From positions 1-62,330 of the forward strand of contig JBAQLR010000126.1 in the NCBI GenBank assembly GCA_049302035.1: a DNA stretch of 62,330 nt, in the 5' to 3' direction. How positions within the stretch are numbered: the first letter of the stretch is position 1; the number at the start of each line of letters is the position of its first letter. The translations under genes were made by a program, and so were the position numbers. The notes beneath the pieces were generated by a model. It saw only the letters and a program-made list of their open reading frames with translations, searched no databases and had not been told where the DNA came from. Positions 59,011 through 62,330 of the stretch are shown here, piece by piece. Source of the DNA: Syntrophales bacterium. Lineage in GTDB: Bacteria > Desulfobacterota > Syntrophia > Syntrophales > JACQWR01.

Positions 59011-59364
59011 ATGATTGAATACCTTCCCATTCTTGTCATGCTGTGCCTCGGCTTGTTCATTGCCGGCCTGATGGTCGGCGCATCACATTTCCTCGGTCAT
59101 AACATTCGTAAGAAAACAAAACGTGCCACCTATGAATGCGGCATGCAGACCATCGGTCCGGCGCATATGAGAATGAATATCCGCTACTATATCATGGCCA
59201 TGCTGTTTTTGATTTTTGACCTTGAGGTTATGTTCCTCTATCCCTGGGCGGTGGTGGCGGGTGGTCTCAAAATGTTCGGTTTTCTGGAGATGCTGTTTTT
59301 CATTTTTATTCTCCTTGTCGGTTATTTTTACGTATGGAAGAAAGGTGCCTTGGAATGGGAATAG
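59011..59364 (+). CDS. nuoA: NADH-quinone oxidoreductase subunit A
   Basis: 117 aa, 3 TM segments, ..YECGM.. motif. Confidence 0.9.
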   Translation: MIEYLPILVMLCLGLFIAGLMVGASHFLGHNIRKKTKRATYECGMQTIGPAHMRMNIRYYIMAMLFLIFDLEVMFLYPWAVVAGGLKMFGFLEMLFFIFILLVGYFYVWKKGALEWE

Positions 59365-59852
59365 ATGACACCGCTGCCGCTTCTGTGCAGGATGTGATTA
59401 ATTGGGCCAGGAAAAATTCCGTTTGGCCGGTGACTTTCGGTCTGGCTTGCTGCGCGCTGGAGATGATGGTGGCCAGTTCGGCCACTTACGACATCGCCCG
59501 TTTTGGCTCGGAGGTCTTCCGCCCCTCTCCTCGCCAGGCGGATCTCATGATTGTGGCCGGCACGGTCACAAAAAAGATGGCCCCCATGCTGAAGCGCATT
59601 TACGAGCAGATGCCGGAGCCCAAATGGGTTATTGCCTATGGCGCCTGCGCCTGTAGCGGGGGAATTTTTCAGACTTACAATGTCGTCCAGGGGGTGGATG
59701 AGATCATCCCCGTGGATGTCTATGTTCCCGGCTGTCCGCCGCGCCCGGAAGGTCTGCTCAAAGGCTTGATCGCTTTGCAGGAAAAGATTGGCAGGGAAGC
59801 GCCCGGTTCCAGGAAGCTGGTCAGTTTGCCCTGGGGTGAGAGCAATGGTTAG
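59355..59852 (+). CDS. nuoB: NADH-quinone oxidoreductase subunit B
   Basis: [15 protein letters not shown] and GCPPRPE (N2 cluster ligands). The start is set at the ATG at 59355. Confidence 0.9.
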   Translation: MGIDDTAAASVQDVINWARKNSVWPVTFGLACCALEMMVASSATYDIARFGSEVFRPSPRQADLMIVAGTVTKKMAPMLKRIYEQMPEPKWVIAYGACACSGGIFQTYNVVQGVDEIIPVDVYVPGCPPRPEGLLKGLIALQEKIGREAPGSRKLVSLPWGESNG

Positions 59853-60342
59853 GTGCATGGCAGGCGACTTGCTGAGAGGGAAATATCCCGACGCAGTGCT
59901 GAATATTGTCGAGTTCCGGGGCGAAACTACCATCACCGTAAGCTTAGGGCAGCTACGGGACGTCATGGCTTTTCTGAAGGAAAGCGAGAACTGCTCCTAC
60001 GACTTGCTGCTGGACCTTGCCGGTGTGGATCGTGGCGACATTTCGCCGCGTTTTATGGTTGTTTATCTGCTGCATTCCATGAAATTTAGCAACCGGTTGA
60101 GAATCAAGGCCGAGGTGGCAGAAGGAGCTGCGGTAGATACGGTGAGCGATATCTGGAAGGCGGCCGATTGGCTGGAAAGGGAGGCTTACGACATGTTCGG
60201 CATCGGCTTCCGCAATCATCCGGATTTGCGGCGCATTCTGCTGGAAGAGGATTTTGCCGGTTTTCCTTTAAGAAAGGATTATCCCCTGGCCGGACCTGAC
60301 TTCGGGAAACTTTTCAATGTATGTTTGCCGGAAGAGCAGTGA
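59845..60342 (+). CDS. nuoC: NADH-quinone oxidoreductase subunit C
   Basis: ..[26 protein letters not shown].. 30-kDa subunit signature. The start is either 59845 or 59857. Confidence 0.9.
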   Translation: MVRCMAGDLLRGKYPDAVLNIVEFRGETTITVSLGQLRDVMAFLKESENCSYDLLLDLAGVDRGDISPRFMVVYLLHSMKFSNRLRIKAEVAEGAAVDTVSDIWKAADWLEREAYDMFGIGFRNHPDLRRILLEEDFAGFPLRKDYPLAGPDFGKLFNVCLPEEQ

Positions 60343-60399
60343 CTGAGCCGTTAACCGTGTTGTTTTTTCATAATTAATTAATACGAGGACCGCAAAGAG

Positions 60400-61575
60400 A
60401 TGGCTGAAACTCGTTATATGACGATCAATATGGGGCCACAGCACCCGGCAACGCACGGGGTGTTGCGCCTGCTTTTGGAATTGGATGGAGAAATCGTTGT
60501 CAAGGCCGTGCCGCACATCGGTTACCTTCATCGGGGGGTGGAAAAGCTCTCCGAATCCCTAACCTACCCCCAGGGCCTGACCTTGACGGACCGTCTGGAC
60601 TATACCAGCGCCCTTTCCAACAATCTGTCCTATTGTCTGGCCGTGGAAAAGCTTCTGGACATCAAGATTCCCCAGAGGGCACGGTATCTGCGGGTCATGT
60701 TTGCCGAGCTCCAGCGGATTTCGGCCCATCTGCTTTGGCTTGCCACCCACGCCCTCGATCTCGGCGCCATGACGCTGCTTTTTTACGCCTTCCGGGAGAG
60801 AGAAGCGGTCATCGAGATCCTGGAGTTGGTGACGGGAGCCCGTTTGACGCCCAGTTTTATCCGGATCGGCGGTCTGGCGGCCGATATTCCCGATACCTTT
60901 TTGCCCCGCGTCAAGGAGTTCCTTGCGGACATGCCGCGACACATTGCGGAATATGAGACGCTTCTGACGGATAATATCATCTGGAAAAAAAGGACGCAAA
61001 ATATCGCGCCTCTGTCTGCGGAGGAGTGCATCAATTACGGCGTCACGGGGCCGGTGTTGCGGGCTTCCGGCGTTAATTACGACGTGCGGAAGGCCTACCC
61101 CTATTCCAGTTACGAGGATTTTGATTTTGAAATTCCCCTGGGCACGAAAGGTGATGTCTATGATCGTTATCTCGTGCGGCTGCTGGAGATGAAGCAGTCC
61201 ATCAGGATTGCGGAGCAGGTTATCGCCAAATTGCCCGCGGGTTCGGTTGTCGCTGCCGATGCCTTGCAGGTGGTGCCGCCGGCAAAGGCGCAGGTGGGCG
61301 AGGATATTGCGGCGCTCATCAGGCACTTTAAGATCATGCAGGAAGGCTTCAAGGTTCCAGTGGGCGAGGTTTACGCGTCCATCGAATCGTCGAAGGGCGA
61401 GCTTGGTTTTTACTTCATCAGTGACGGCGGCAACAAGCCCTTTCGGATGAAGATCAGGCCGCCGTCCTTTATAAACTTGGGCGCCTTGCCCAAAATGATT
61501 GAAGGGCAAATGGTGGCCGATGTCGTAGCAGCAGTTGGCAGTATCGACATTGTGCTGGGTGAGATAGACAGATAG
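60400..61575 (+). CDS. nuoD: NADH-quinone oxidoreductase subunit D
   Basis: MTINMGPQHPATHGVLRL.. 49-kDa subunit signature. 391 aa. Confidence 0.95.
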   Translation: MAETRYMTINMGPQHPATHGVLRLLLELDGEIVVKAVPHIGYLHRGVEKLSESLTYPQGLTLTDRLDYTSALSNNLSYCLAVEKLLDIKIPQRARYLRVMFAELQRISAHLLWLATHALDLGAMTLLFYAFREREAVIEILELVTGARLTPSFIRIGGLAADIPDTFLPRVKEFLADMPRHIAEYETLLTDNIIWKKRTQNIAPLSAEECINYGVTGPVLRASGVNYDVRKAYPYSSYEDFDFEIPLGTKGDVYDRYLVRLLEMKQSIRIAEQVIAKLPAGSVVAADALQVVPPAKAQVGEDIAALIRHFKIMQEGFKVPVGEVYASIESSKGELGFYFISDGGNKPFRMKIRPPSFINLGALPKMIEGQMVADVVAAVGSIDIVLGEIDR

Positions 61576-61585
61576 GATTTCATTT

Positions 61586-62330
61586 ATGGCAAATGTAATA
61601 TTCAGCTCCTGGCGGCAGGAAATCGTCGATAACAGGAACCTGGCGGAGAAAGACTGCAAGGACGCACGGAATATCGCCCTTCCTGCCGACTTTGGCGTGC
61701 AGGAGCCGATTAAAGCCTTTATGGGCTGGGATGGCATTGTGCTTCGCGATGACGATGTCGATATCGTGGATATGTGCGCCAAGTATGCCGTTGCGGTGCA
61801 GGCGGAGTCCTGCGGCAAATGTTTCCCCTGTCGTATCGGCACCCGGATTGTCAGCGATTGGCTGCAGGAAATTGCCGCCGGCGCCGGGCAAGTGGCGCAC
61901 CTGCAAAAAATTACAGACCTGGCGGGCAGCATTCGGAATGGCGCCCTTTGCTCCATCGGCCAGACCGGCATGCTGCCGATTCTCCATGCCCTGGAACATT
62001 TCCCCCAGTCTTTTCAAAAGGCGATCGGCGCGGGCGAGAAGGTTAAGGAAGGCAAATATCTTTTTGCCGTCACAGCCCCTTGCACCAGCGCCTGCCCATC
62101 CAGTCTCGATATCCCCCGTTATCTGGAAGAAATCAGTGAACAGAAATTTACGGAGTCGCTGGCGACCATCCGGAAGAGCGTCTGCATGGCGGGCACCTTG
62201 GGAAGGGTTTGCATCAGGCCCTGTGAAGCGAACTGCCGCCGGGCCAATCTCGATGAAGCCCTTGCCATTAAGTACCTGAAGCGTTTCGTGGCCGATGAAG
62301 AAACAGAAAAGCGTCGGCGCCCGGCGGTTG
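61586..62330 (+). CDS. NuoF-type [4Fe-4S] domain fused to a GltD/SfrB/FdhB-like NAD(P)H-flavin oxidoreductase (partial, runs off the right edge)
   Basis: I translated a stop-free frame from the ATG at 61586 to the window end; it is not in the ORF track. It contains ESCGKCFPCRIGT..GALCSIGQ (NuoF N3-cluster domain without the FMN/NADH domain). This is followed by APCTSACPSSLDIPRYLEEI..GTLGRVCIRPCEANCRR (GltD N-terminal 2x[4Fe-4S] domain). Confidence 0.8.
   Translation, partial: MANVIFSSWRQEIVDNRNLAEKDCKDARNIALPADFGVQEPIKAFMGWDGIVLRDDDVDIVDMCAKYAVAVQAESCGKCFPCRIGTRIVSDWLQEIAAGAGQVAHLQKITDLAGSIRNGALCSIGQTGMLPILHALEHFPQSFQKAIGAGEKVKEGKYLFAVTAPCTSACPSSLDIPRYLEEISEQKFTESLATIRKSVCMAGTLGRVCIRPCEANCRRANLDEALAIKYLKRFVADEETEKRRRPAV

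Overview
62.3-kb chromosomal window. From gene content alone it looks like an anaerobic, sigma-54-rich Desulfobacterota/deltaproteobacterial-type organism; no database search was possible. Positions 1-15.6 kb hold a flagellar block on the minus strand: partial fliK, a MotE-like gene, fliJ-I-H-G-F-E, flgC-B, an NtrC-type regulator, a PAS histidine kinase and a SPOR-TPR protein. It diverges from pilZ-motA-motB on the plus strand. Four good sigma-54 promoters can be read here (fliK, flgB, SPOR-TPR operon, pilZ-motAB). Positions 15.6-27.3 kb hold a chemotaxis operon (cheR-cheD-cheY-cheX-cheB-cheA-cheY-cheX) with no cheW, a REC/NtrC-like pair, a decayed PAS-DHp-REC gene, and an MCP whose periplasmic domain carries a CxxCH haem-c motif. 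The che operon and the MCP each have a canonical sigma-28 promoter. Positions 27.5-49.5 kb are housekeeping: ftsK, rimO, livKHMG without livF, an ABC-F ATPase, a csp/deaD divergon, a CNNM-type protein, tatD, thiN-thiD-thiC, cca, a SPOR-NlpC/P60 lipoprotein and a triple-GAF class III cyclase. Positions 49.8-62.3 kb hold a four-subunit 2-oxoacid:ferredoxin oxidoreductase fused in one operon to a NuoE/NuoF(HydBC-type)/HoxU-like flavin-FeS module. It ends in a tRNA-Asn, followed by a low-GC islet (IS630-like remnant plus an orphan lipoprotein). Then come nuoA-B-C-D, followed directly by a NuoF-4Fe4S/GltD-like fusion instead of nuoEFG; that last CDS is partial at the right edge. The most unusual non-coding signal is a roughly 80-105 nt two-hairpin element present three times (771-876, 13093-13175, 14726-14795). 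All copies are in motility intergenic regions and show compensatory stem substitutions. No rRNA or CRISPR array was seen.
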